This document shows, in pieces, positions 19,007-27,305 of a DNA stretch of 64,000 bases (its first letter is position 1; each line of letters opens with the position of its first letter). The DNA comes from a virus (Duplodnaviria; Caudoviricetes). The DNA lies in the IMG/VR virus record IMGVR_UViG_2545824688_000002, positions 8,428 through 72,427 of that record; one strand, written 5' to 3'. The notes below the pieces were generated by a model. That model had not been told where the DNA came from. It was given only the letters and a program-made list of their open reading frames with translations, and made no database searches. Both the position numbers and the translations under genes were made by a program.

Positions 19007-20587
19007 TTAAGCCGGTTCACGAGCGCCACCTCCCGGTTCATTAAAAACGGACGAGTCGACGAACCCGGCCGCCTTCTCATCCGCTTCTATCCGCGCCATA
19101 ATTTCGCGCGCCTTTTCGTCGTCAACCTCGTCCTGGCGCTTGATCGCGCTCTGAACGTCGATTGTCGGTTTGTGACCGGTCCGAATCGCCATGATCTCCG
19201 CCAATTCCTTTTCGTCACGCGGGATTCCGTCTTTCCACGCGATATTCGGGTACGGCGGATCGTACGAAGTGAACTCATCGACGCCTTCGTTCGCGTAGTT
19301 TTCGAGAACCATCGCTGTCCATAACGCGTCTCGGAAGGCGCGGTCAACGTGCGTCCGAATCCGCTTGACTTTCGAGAGGATCGGCATAAACCGTGCCTTG
19401 ACCGCGACGCCATCGGTGTGTGACGTGCCGGTACCGCCCTTGTCTTCGGAGAGTGTGGTGCCGAATAGCCATTGCGGTGTTTCGCTCATCTGGAACACGA
19501 TGCCGAGCAGAATGTCGAGCTCCTTGAACGCACCGTCCAATTGCGAATTCCATGTCATGTATCCGGGTGTGGCATCGTCCTTGTCGACCGGAATGTAGCG
19601 CCCGGCAAATCGCGTTTCAGCCTCGCCAAGGTCCGGGCCGTAGGCGGTCGGGTCCGAGTGCTTCCACAGGATATAGTCGATCTGGACCAGCCGGTCATTG
19701 ATCGCGGCCAGAACGGATTCGAGCTTTTCGATACCGCTGATTCCGCGCCAATCGATGTCGGTCGTCTTGTACGGAACGTGGAACACTGGAATACGCGTCA
19801 GTCCCGTTTCGACAACGTCCGATTCGCGGCCGGTAGCCACCGCCTCCAAAATCGTAAACGTCTGAATTGGCGCGTCGTACGTGGTGTCCACGCCGTTTTC
19901 CAAGAGCCGGTAGCGTTCGTAGAAGATGAATCCGGGAACGTGACGCTCAACGTTCAGATACGGAACCTCTACGACTTCCGGCTGCTTCTTTAGCGAATAC
20001 TTCTCGATTCCGGGTTTCGTAGGCTCCGCCACCCACTCAACGTACGCGATATTGACCGCCTTGAACCGTTTACGGGAGCCGCGTGACAATTCCGGGAACA
20101 CGTACGACGGGTCGACCGCCTCAATGATCGGTTCGGGCGCGGCAGATACGAGAGGCTTGCCGTCGGCGTCCGCTGGGACTTCGGACAAATCCTGGCGAAC
20201 GCCATAGTACACCTTGAGCCACGCGTCTCCACGGATACCTGCGCCGATTACGATTTCGTGACCGAGCTGGTTCAGGTCGTTCTCTTCAACTATCGAGTTG
20301 AGGCGGGTTTGTTCAATGGATGCGTCGGGCTTGCCGGATTCGTAGGACGGGGGCTCTCCGAACATGAGATCGGCGGGTTTCGTTAGTAATACGTCCATTA
20401 AGTTGACCGCGACGTACAGTTTCGCCAATTGCGGCGCGTGCGGTGTGTCGCGCAGTATCTCCGAGGCGCGTTCGAGGACTTCCGCTTGGCGTCCGTCGAA
20501 AATCTTGCCACCGCGATAGTACGTGGCGAGCCGTTCGATGTCGGCGGCTGGCGGGTATTGCGCGCCTGGAACGAATAGTTTACCGAT
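19007..20587 (-). CDS. Portal protein (SPP1 gp6-like); probable ATC start
   Basis: Portal motifs (INDRLVQIDYILWKHSDP; YMTWNSQL); frame open to ATC 8 nt after AAGGAGG. Confidence 0.9.
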   Translation of the reverse strand: MGKLFVPGAQYPPAADIERLATYYRGGKIFDGRQAEVLERASEILRDTPHAPQLAKLYVAVNLMDVLLTKPADLMFGEPPSYESGKPDASIEQTRLNSIVEENDLNQLGHEIVIGAGIRGDAWLKVYYGVRQDLSEVPADADGKPLVSAAPEPIIEAVDPSYVFPELSRGSRKRFKAVNIAYVEWVAEPTKPGIEKYSLKKQPEVVEVPYLNVERHVPGFIFYERYRLLENGVDTTYDAPIQTFTILEAVATGRESDVVETGLTRIPVFHVPYKTTDIDWRGISGIEKLESVLAAINDRLVQIDYILWKHSDPTAYGPDLGEAETRFAGRYIPVDKDDATPGYMTWNSQLDGAFKELDILLGIVFQMSETPQWLFGTTLSEDKGGTGTSHTDGVAVKARFMPILSKVKRIRTHVDRAFRDALWTAMVLENYANEGVDEFTSYDPPYPNIAWKDGIPRDEKELAEIMAIRTGHKPTIDVQSAIKRQDEVDDEKAREIMARIEADEKAAGFVDSSVFNEPGGGAREPA

Positions 20588-20615
20588 GGGTTACGCCTCC
20601 TTTCGTTTGGGATTG

Positions 20616-22319
20616 CTATAGCCACGCGGGCTTGTCGATTACTTTCTTCCGTCGGGAACTCGTCGCACCGTACGCCATATGAAGGGCATCGGGTCCGTCG
20701 TCAAAATTGTGGTTTGGGTAAAGTTCGAACATCTCGATGAGCAGCCGTTGGTCGCGCTTGAACCGAATACGCCCGTTCTGAATGTCGGGCAATAACGATT
20801 CAATGCGGAGCGCTTTACGCATCCGTTGTTTTACTTCTTTCAACCGCCCGTGCGTCGGATACCCTTTCTTCCGCAGTTCCTCCGCCAGCTTGTTCGCGAA
20901 CCATTCTTGCGCCTGCTGCGCCTCGACCGCGATCCCTTCGTACTGGAAACGGAGTGCTCGGTCGACGACCTCTTTCAGCAGGACGTCCGGATGAACTCGC
21001 TTCAAAAAGACGTCCACAACGTAACAAACGCCCGTGTCGCGGTTGCGGCCGAGCGTAATGATTGCGGAGTAATCGCCTTTTTCTTTCCCCATCGCGAAGT
21101 CAATTCCGCAGAAATAGTCGAGCGTCAGGTAGCGCAGGTCTTCGTCCGTGTAGTACGTGAATTGCTCCGGTTTAAATATCTGCGATTCCTCGTCGACCGG
21201 GTTGCCGAGGTACTCCTGGTTGAAGGCTCGCGCCCCCATCGCCTCGCGCTTCTCCATGAAGAACTTATACGTATACATTTGCGGCCACAAAGTTTGAGTT
21301 CCACGTAGCATTTCGGATTCATTGGCATTATAGAACGCGTCAGCCTTCTGTTTAGCTTCTGGGTCATCCGAGTTGTATATACGACGCCACTCTTCCCACA
21401 AGTCCTCGCGTTCTGACCACGACAAGATTGCCGGAAACTTGCGTGATACGAAGTCCTTACGCTTGGTGAGCACATGGTTGAGAAGCGAATCATAATGGAC
21501 GATGGTTCCCATGTACACACAAATGCCACCGAATCCAAGTGCCTCCATCATTTCCGACCGGAACCAGTGGAGGTTCTTCGCGCGCAATTCGGGCGTGTTT
21601 GTATTCTCCCCGGACTCCAAATCGTCTAGCAGAAACAGGTCTGGGCGTGCTGACCCGTGACGGAGTCCGCGCATCTGCGTTCCCATCCCCTTAGCTTCGA
21701 CCTTTGTTCCGGTCGTTGTAACGAACTCATACTTGTTGTCAACGTCATTCATCGACTTCTTTTCGTGAAGCAACGGTCCAAAATCCTCACGCAACTTCTC
21801 GTTGAGTACGAGTTGATTTCGCGTCCACTGGATAAAGTCTCCCGCCACATCCGTCGTTTCAGATACTTCGACGATATATCGTTTGTGACGATAAACAACA
21901 TTCTTGCACAATCCTCCATTGGAGAGATATGCAGTCTTTGCGTGACGACGTCCTACTGACCACGCAACGTTAGCTGATGTTACTCCACGCGCTACGTCGT
22001 CCAAGAGGCCACATAGCGTTCGGTGGAAGTCGGCGGCATCCTCAAGCCGCTGCCCCGCCGGAATGAGATTATCGGGGTTACCCGGATTCATGTCTTCCGA
22101 AAAATATTCGTAAACAAAGCGCAATAAGTCGTACTCGCAAGCATGAACGCGCTGGAGCTTCGTTAGCTCCGCGTCGAGCATCTCCCATTGGTCAACGTCG
22201 TAATCGGTCAAGTCGCCCGCGTCCGCTAGAAGTTTGTATTGCGCGATGAGTTCGATTCTACGGTCGATTTCGACCTGTCGCGCAGGGCGGTCGAGCCATT
22301 TACCGTTGAGGAACGCCAA
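20616..22319 (-). CDS. Terminase large subunit
   Basis: RRHAKT Walker A-like, RPDLFLLDDLE, GIDFAMG, HNFDDGPDAL. Confidence 0.95.
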   Translation of the reverse strand: MAFLNGKWLDRPARQVEIDRRIELIAQYKLLADAGDLTDYDVDQWEMLDAELTKLQRVHACEYDLLRFVYEYFSEDMNPGNPDNLIPAGQRLEDAADFHRTLCGLLDDVARGVTSANVAWSVGRRHAKTAYLSNGGLCKNVVYRHKRYIVEVSETTDVAGDFIQWTRNQLVLNEKLREDFGPLLHEKKSMNDVDNKYEFVTTTGTKVEAKGMGTQMRGLRHGSARPDLFLLDDLESGENTNTPELRAKNLHWFRSEMMEALGFGGICVYMGTIVHYDSLLNHVLTKRKDFVSRKFPAILSWSEREDLWEEWRRIYNSDDPEAKQKADAFYNANESEMLRGTQTLWPQMYTYKFFMEKREAMGARAFNQEYLGNPVDEESQIFKPEQFTYYTDEDLRYLTLDYFCGIDFAMGKEKGDYSAIITLGRNRDTGVCYVVDVFLKRVHPDVLLKEVVDRALRFQYEGIAVEAQQAQEWFANKLAEELRKKGYPTHGRLKEVKQRMRKALRIESLLPDIQNGRIRFKRDQRLLIEMFELYPNHNFDDGPDALHMAYGATSSRRKKVIDKPAWL

Positions 22320-22320
22320 A

Positions 22321-22776
22321 TCATACGTCTCCTTCCGGCTTGAGCGATTCCGCCCTTTCCTTTAGGCGTGCGAGGCGGTCTTCGAGCGATTGGACGGACG
22401 CGCTGTCATCGGTTACGACTTCCTGGCGGTCAATGAGCAATCCGCCGAACTTATAGAACAGCTCGATCCCCTTCATGGAGCCCTGCCCCTTGATCGTCAT
22501 GTCCAGATGCTTCTCCATGATCTGCGGAAGGTGCGACATGAATGCGTCCGCCGACAGCTCGTTCGTGTACCGGATGAAGTCGCGGTTATGATGACGCCAC
22601 TTATACAGGGCGCTGACGGAGCATCCCGCCTGTTCCGCGATCTCATCGAGCGTCAGGCGGCCTTTTTCGCCTTCGGACGGATTGCGCGGAAGAAAATTGT
22701 TGATCGCGAGCAACCGGGCGGCTGCGATTTGTTCGCGGGATAGCTTCGCCTCTAGTTTACGGAGGTCTTTCGCCAT
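22321..22776 (-). CDS. Terminase small subunit (phBC6A51-type HTH)
   Basis: TLDEIAEQAGCSVSALYKWR HTH directly upstream of TerL. Confidence 0.8.
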   Translation of the reverse strand: MAKDLRKLEAKLSREQIAAARLLAINNFLPRNPSEGEKGRLTLDEIAEQAGCSVSALYKWRHHNRDFIRYTNELSADAFMSHLPQIMEKHLDMTIKGQGSMKGIELFYKFGGLLIDRQEVVTDDSASVQSLEDRLARLKERAESLKPEGDV

Positions 22777-22985
22777 GTTATCGTCTCCTTTCGGTAGTTT
22801 GCGTGTGTTGGCGGGCGGTTCCGCCGTGTTTCGGGCATAAAAAGAAGCCACCGATAGGCGTCCGGTAGCTTCCGTTTAGACCCGAGGTTTTGAAATTTGC
22901 AAGAAAACGTCGGAGTCTTGACCGGCCCTTCGCAGCCGCCCGGCTTGGGGGCTTCGCGGTCGCGACCGGGGATCGCCGCCGGGTC

Positions 22986-23248
22986 TGCATACGGCTGTAT
23001 ACGTTATGCATGTTCGCATTTTGTTCGAGTCCGATAATATGCAAACAGTAAAGTGTTCACAATTTCGCAAATCGACCGCAAACCCGCGCCACACCAACGT
23101 TTTTACCGTATCCCACCGTTTACATAACCCGTTATGCATACGCCATCAAACGTGCATAAACGGAAAACCGCGCCACATCAACGTTTATACATCGCTTGCA
23201 TACGGTGCATAACCGTATATACATTGCATAACGGATGCATAAAAACGG
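22986..23248. repeat. Cluster of TGCATA(A)nC(G/C)G-like repeats upstream of terS
   Basis: About eight copies, e.g. 22986, 23135, 23153, 23197, 23206, 23225, 23236. Confidence 0.75.
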
Positions 23249-23439
23249 AGGCGCAGGCGGTCGTTTCCGTAGGAGGGTCGAAGTTTTCGGAGGGGTCGCG
23301 CGTGGAACGCTCTCGCGGATAAATCCGAGGTTATCGCGCCAACCCTTCGGTACATTCCGTCACACCTCCGTCCGCACTTCCGTTCGCGACGCTACATTAT
23401 ATGGCGCGGTGAAAACGGTGGGTATGCGGTGTGTACCGA

Positions 23440-23667
23440 TTACGTCCGCAAAAACGGTAACACCTCGTGCCTCTCGTACTCTGCATGCCTAACGCCCGTA
23501 TACCGAATCTCCACCCGTTTGTGCCGCGTCCCAATACAGTGTGTGCCGTAAGGTTGCGCCCACACTTCTGCGGAAAAGTCCGACTGCTTGACGCCATTCT
23601 CCGCATTGATAGCGTCTGCTTCCGCCTGCGTGTCCGTTAGGATTCGCGTTCCTATATAACGTGGCAT
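23440..23667 (-). CDS. Hypothetical protein
   Basis: SD GGAGGAG before ATG. Confidence 0.55.
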   Translation of the reverse strand: MPRYIGTRILTDTQAEADAINAENGVKQSDFSAEVWAQPYGTHCIGTRHKRVEIRYTGVRHAEYERHEVLPFLRT

Positions 23668-24015
23668 GGCCGGACTCCTCCCGTCTCCAAACGTAATGAG
23701 CGCGGAACCAGGGCGGCCCGCGCGCGAATCGAGTACGTATATACTTCTTCGAATATGCTAAAGAGGAAATACCAAGCGCCCGGCCTATGGCCTTGCGCCC
23801 GATCCGGCTTGCGCCGTCTCGGTATCAGTCATCTCTTACCGCGTAATAATTACTTCGCGACAAAGGGATGATCGTGCAAGGCCCGTGGCCGCAGCACTCG
23901 GCGTTAGCCGAAATCTTCCCCGTTGTTACTAGAAGAAAAGAAGGAAATTGCCCGTTTTTGCGTCGAAAAACGCCCGAAACCCTTGTGGCTGTAAGGCGGA
24001 AGCCCTCTCGTCCCG

Positions 24016-24070
24016 CGTGCAAAAAAGGGGACGCATTTCCCCGGAATCGTGCAAAAAAGGGGACGCATTT
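24016..24070. repeat. Two direct repeats CGTGCAAAAAAGGGGACGCATTT (iteron-like)
   Basis: Copies at 24016-24038 and 24048-24070, immediately 3' of the RepL-like gene. Confidence 0.85.
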
Positions 24071-24071
24071 T

Positions 24072-24944
24072 TTACGCCCCTCCCTCGCCACCATCCACCT
24101 GCGCCTCGAACAACGCCCGCAACGTCTCGTCCGGCTCCCCGTTCTTCCGGTAGAACACGTACGGATTCAGCACCGTAAGCGTCTCGCGTTTATCCGCGCC
24201 CTTCCATTCGCCAATGACGCCAGCCTTCCGTAATCGAGCGAGCGCCTCCTTCGTTTTCCCTTCCGCCATCCCCACGATTTCGGCAATCTGCCTCTCGTTC
24301 AGAAACCGGATGTCGCCCGGATTCTCCGCGAACGGGTCTGAGCATATCACGTTCGTCGCGTAGTGGACGTTCGGCAGCAGTTTGTACACGAAGCCGAAGT
24401 CAGCCGCCGACAGCCGGAACCGTTTCAGCGCGGTAAAGAACGTCTTGATCAGCGCGTCCACGTCCGATCCCGCCTTCTTGCGGAAGTGGTACCGTTCGTT
24501 GATCGTATAACCCCCGTCACCATTCGCGAATACAATGCTACGCCGTTCCAGTTCGGCCACGACCGTTTTGGCCGTCCGCCTGGATACGTTCCATATCTTC
24601 GCGAGATCGTCGGTTGTGAGCGGACGCCCTTCGGAATCGTTCGTTACCAGGACGTTCATGCGATATTGGATGTGCGGTTGCAACATGAGAACGTAGCCGC
24701 AATACTTATTCGATAGCCCTTCCGTTATCTCGCGGATATTCCGCATGTTGGTGAACGAGAATTTACGTTGGTCGCGCTCGACCAACCGACGTTTGCGGGC
24801 GGCTTCGAGCTGCTCTAGCGTATAAATACGAAAAATACGGCCCGCTGTGTCGCGTCCGTATCCGTTGTTTCCTACCGGTGTAATATCGCCAATTGGTGTG
24901 TTTCTTTTAATGCGGAGGACCCGCGTTCGCAGGGCGTTACTCAT
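24072..24944 (-). CDS. RepL-like tandem winged-HTH replication/maintenance protein
   Basis: Two wHTH-like units ending YTINERYHFR and TVLNPYVFYR. Confidence 0.6.
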   Translation of the reverse strand: MSNALRTRVLRIKRNTPIGDITPVGNNGYGRDTAGRIFRIYTLEQLEAARKRRLVERDQRKFSFTNMRNIREITEGLSNKYCGYVLMLQPHIQYRMNVLVTNDSEGRPLTTDDLAKIWNVSRRTAKTVVAELERRSIVFANGDGGYTINERYHFRKKAGSDVDALIKTFFTALKRFRLSAADFGFVYKLLPNVHYATNVICSDPFAENPGDIRFLNERQIAEIVGMAEGKTKEALARLRKAGVIGEWKGADKRETLTVLNPYVFYRKNGEPDETLRALFEAQVDGGEGGA

Positions 24945-25191
24945 GCGCGGACACCTCCGCCTTAAACAACTTCGTCGGATCAATCGGCTCTATCGAAACG
25001 TACCCGTTGTCATAGTCGATAATTCGCGCATTGTCTCGCAAATCTACCGCACCAGACGCCTCTAGCCTACGTTCATAGCACGATTTACTCGCGCAAAATG
25101 GATTCGCTAAATAGGCTCGGTGGCAGCGGTCATTTATCTCATTTCCGCAGAATTTACACGTTAATTTCGGGTGATTCCGTAGTTTTCTCAC
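24937..25191 (-). CDS. Small Cys-rich hypothetical protein
   Basis: CKFCG...FCASKSC. Confidence 0.5.
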   Translation of the reverse strand: MRKLRNHPKLTCKFCGNEINDRCHRAYLANPFCASKSCYERRLEASGAVDLRDNARIIDYDNGYVSIEPIDPTKLFKAEVSAHE

Positions 25192-25329
25192 ACTATCGAC
25201 CCCTCATCGTTATATTCCCGATATTAGGTAAAACAGCGCAACAGGGACGCTTCGGGATACGTCCTTTTCGGCTGGCCGACCTAGCCGCGCTTTAGCGTCA
25301 GGTCACGCAAACTAAATAAGACGTCGGAA

Positions 25330-25503
25330 TCACGTCCGACGCCCGATTAGGCTACGTACCAGTTCGTTATACTCCGTTAACCAATCCGCAGGTATCTCTT
25401 GTCTCGCAAGCAAGCGCAAGTCCATCGCGGAGACTAAATCGTCCAGCCTGCGTTCTTCCCAAAGGAATCGCGGCATGACTCCGAGAGGCGGGCGATCGCT
25501 CAT
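25330..25503 (-). CDS. 57-aa phage hypothetical protein (MSDRPPLGVMPRFLWEERRL...EYNEL)
   Basis: SD GGAGGTG; ATGA overlap with the upstream gene; translated by hand. Confidence 0.65.
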   Translation of the reverse strand: MSDRPPLGVMPRFLWEERRLDDLVSAMDLRLLARQEIPADWLTEYNELVRSLIGRRT

Positions 25504-25844
25504 TCGGACACCTCCGGCCGGAACGGAAGGAAATCGCCATTCTCGCGTACGAACCCGACCGGCTCGCCACGTTCGTCCTCGATCCAGCCACGGAAGCCCG
25601 CCGCAGGTGTCGTATACTCTCGCAATACCTTCAACGCTCGCACCGCCGCATCAGCTTCGCGCCTGAGCGCCTTCAATCCCGTTAGCGCGTCCGATACGTC
25701 TACGTTTACTTTGACGGTGAGATCGCGGCTGGGACCAACTCCGGTCGTTGGCGCGTATGGTCCACCGTTGTCTGCCGCAGAAATGACGCGTTCACCCGTG
25801 TGCAATTTCGCTACATAGCCGTTCGACTCACGCTTAATTCCCAT
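25500..25844 (-). CDS. Hypothetical protein with TMP-like LHxGERV motif
   Basis: SD GGGAGGTG; GYVAKLHTGERVI. Confidence 0.6.
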   Translation of the reverse strand: MGIKRESNGYVAKLHTGERVISAADNGGPYAPTTGVGPSRDLTVKVNVDVSDALTGLKALRREADAAVRALKVLREYTTPAAGFRGWIEDERGEPVGFVRENGDFLPFRPEVSE

Positions 25845-26076
25845 TTGGCGACACCTCCCGTAAAAAGTCGTCGATAACGATTGCCCGGCTATATACGAAA
25901 AATATCCGATAGCCTTCTCCGCGTTTTTCCGTAAGGAAATCGTGCAAATCGGTTCCACGCGGAAGAAGAAACGTATCCATCGCGGAAAACACTTCTCCTT
26001 CTCGTTTGGACGCCAAGATCAGAAGGTGCCCGTCAGTCGGGCGGAATTTGTTTGACTCGCGCGGTTTATCCGCCAT
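25834..26076 (-). CDS. Hypothetical protein
   Basis: SD AAGGGG before MADKPRESNK. Confidence 0.55.
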   Translation of the reverse strand: MADKPRESNKFRPTDGHLLILASKREGEVFSAMDTFLLPRGTDLHDFLTEKRGEGYRIFFVYSRAIVIDDFLREVSPNGN

Positions 26077-26183
26077 GTCACAACGCCCCTTCATTCGTTT
26101 ATTTGGCGCTAAGATTCCGCGCCTTGACGCAAACAAAAAGAAAAACACCGGCGCGCGACCGATGTCCTTCGTTTTGATTACGG

Positions 26184-26369
26184 CTATTTCAAAGTAAACG
26201 GGATGCCCTTATCTAACTCCTCGTCATATTGGCGGATGCTGATCACCTTCAAATGTACGCGGTTCGGATGGTTCAAATAACGGTCTATAGCGGATCGGCT
26301 CCCGAACTTATGTTTATACTGTCTGTTTCCATGTCGCGGGTTCTCGATAATAACCACAACTGTTCTCAT
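26184..26369 (-). CDS. Moron hypothetical protein
   Basis: SD GGAGGT; followed by a terminator at about 26133-26167. Confidence 0.6.
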   Translation of the reverse strand: MRTVVVIIENPRHGNRQYKHKFGSRSAIDRYLNHPNRVHLKVISIRQYDEELDKGIPFTLK

Positions 26370-26675
26370 CTACATTACCTCCGTTCGAGACTCCGGCTGC
26401 TCTGCAAGGATCGCGTAAGCCTTTTCGATAGCCTCGTCCAACTCTGCCAGCAATTTCTCATACCATGCAACCGGCCGCGACTTCGGAAACTTACCGTACC
26501 CACCAATCGGAAACTCATCGACAAACCAGTCCAGCGCGGCAAATACTTTTACGATTTCGGGCGTAGTTCCTTCGCGCTCGCACTTTTCCGCGAGTTTGGC
26601 GAGGATTCCGCTATTTTTTACTTCAAGTGCGCGATAGGATATGCAGCAGTAAAGCGATTTTTTCGTTACTCTCAT
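26370..26675 (-). CDS. Moron hypothetical protein
   Basis: SD GGAGG; own TTGACA-17-TATTAT promoter. Confidence 0.6.
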   Translation of the reverse strand: MRVTKKSLYCCISYRALEVKNSGILAKLAEKCEREGTTPEIVKVFAALDWFVDEFPIGGYGKFPKSRPVAWYEKLLAELDEAIEKAYAILAEQPESRTEVM

Positions 26676-26691
26676 TTATTCCGCCTCCGTT

Positions 26692-26789
26692 TCGACCCGT
26701 TTATCGTGTCGTTCTTATGTCTCGATAATACACCGACCCATTTAACGTGTCAATAACTTTTTGACACTTTTTTCGTGTCGATTTATAAT
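26692..26789. promoter_or_regulatory. Divergent sigmaA promoters with three GAC-N11-GTC operators
   Basis: TTGACA(26761)-17-TATAAT(26784) on +; TTGACA(26753)-17-TATTAT on -; operators at 26694, 26735, 26763. Confidence 0.85.
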
Positions 26790-26805
26790 CAAGGCATAGC
26801 CGGAG

Positions 26806-27027
26806 GTGTTCCCGATGATTTTACGGTCTAACTTAAAAGCACTAGCCGAAGCTCGCGGCGTTTCCATCCGAGAAATTGCACGTAGTATCGACTATCGTTT
26901 CGATTCCGTCCGCGCCATGTACAACGACGAAATGGAGCGTTATCCACGCGATCTCCTGGCGAAACTTTGCGATTATTTCGGCGTTACGGTTGCGGAACTG
27001 TTCGTTATCGAAAAAGAAAAGTGTTGA
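26806..27027 (+). CDS. XRE/Cro-family HTH regulator
   Basis: SIREIARSIDYRFDSVRAMY...LAKLCDYFGVTVAELF. Confidence 0.9.
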   Translation: MFPMILRSNLKALAEARGVSIREIARSIDYRFDSVRAMYNDEMERYPRDLLAKLCDYFGVTVAELFVIEKEKC

Positions 27028-27052
27028 CACTCTAAACGAGTCAACTTACTAT
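27024..27052 (+). promoter_or_regulatory. sigmaA promoter with fourth operator
   Basis: TTGACA-17-TACTAT overlapped by TTGACACTCTAAACGAGTCAA. Confidence 0.8.
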
Positions 27053-27092
27053 GAAATTATACCTTAAATCTATTTTGAAAGGTTGTGACTGG

Positions 27093-27305
27093 ATGCAATG
27101 GATGGCGAAATTCTTGATCGTTGGAGATATAATCACTCTTAATAGGCACGCGTACCGAATCCTGTCCATCTCGAAGGGGATTGGAGTCTACACGATGATG
27201 GTTGAATCAGTCCGTTACAGAACAGTAAAAGAAGCCTTGTTCTATCCGTCAGAATTTGTGTCTGTAAAGAAGGACTCGGAGATTGTTAAAAATGAGCGCC
27301 ATTGA
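27093..27305 (+). CDS. Moron hypothetical protein
   Basis: Follows the promoter at 27024; SD-like GAAAGG. Confidence 0.55.
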   Translation: MQWMAKFLIVGDIITLNRHAYRILSISKGIGVYTMMVESVRYRTVKEALFYPSEFVSVKKDSEIVKNERH

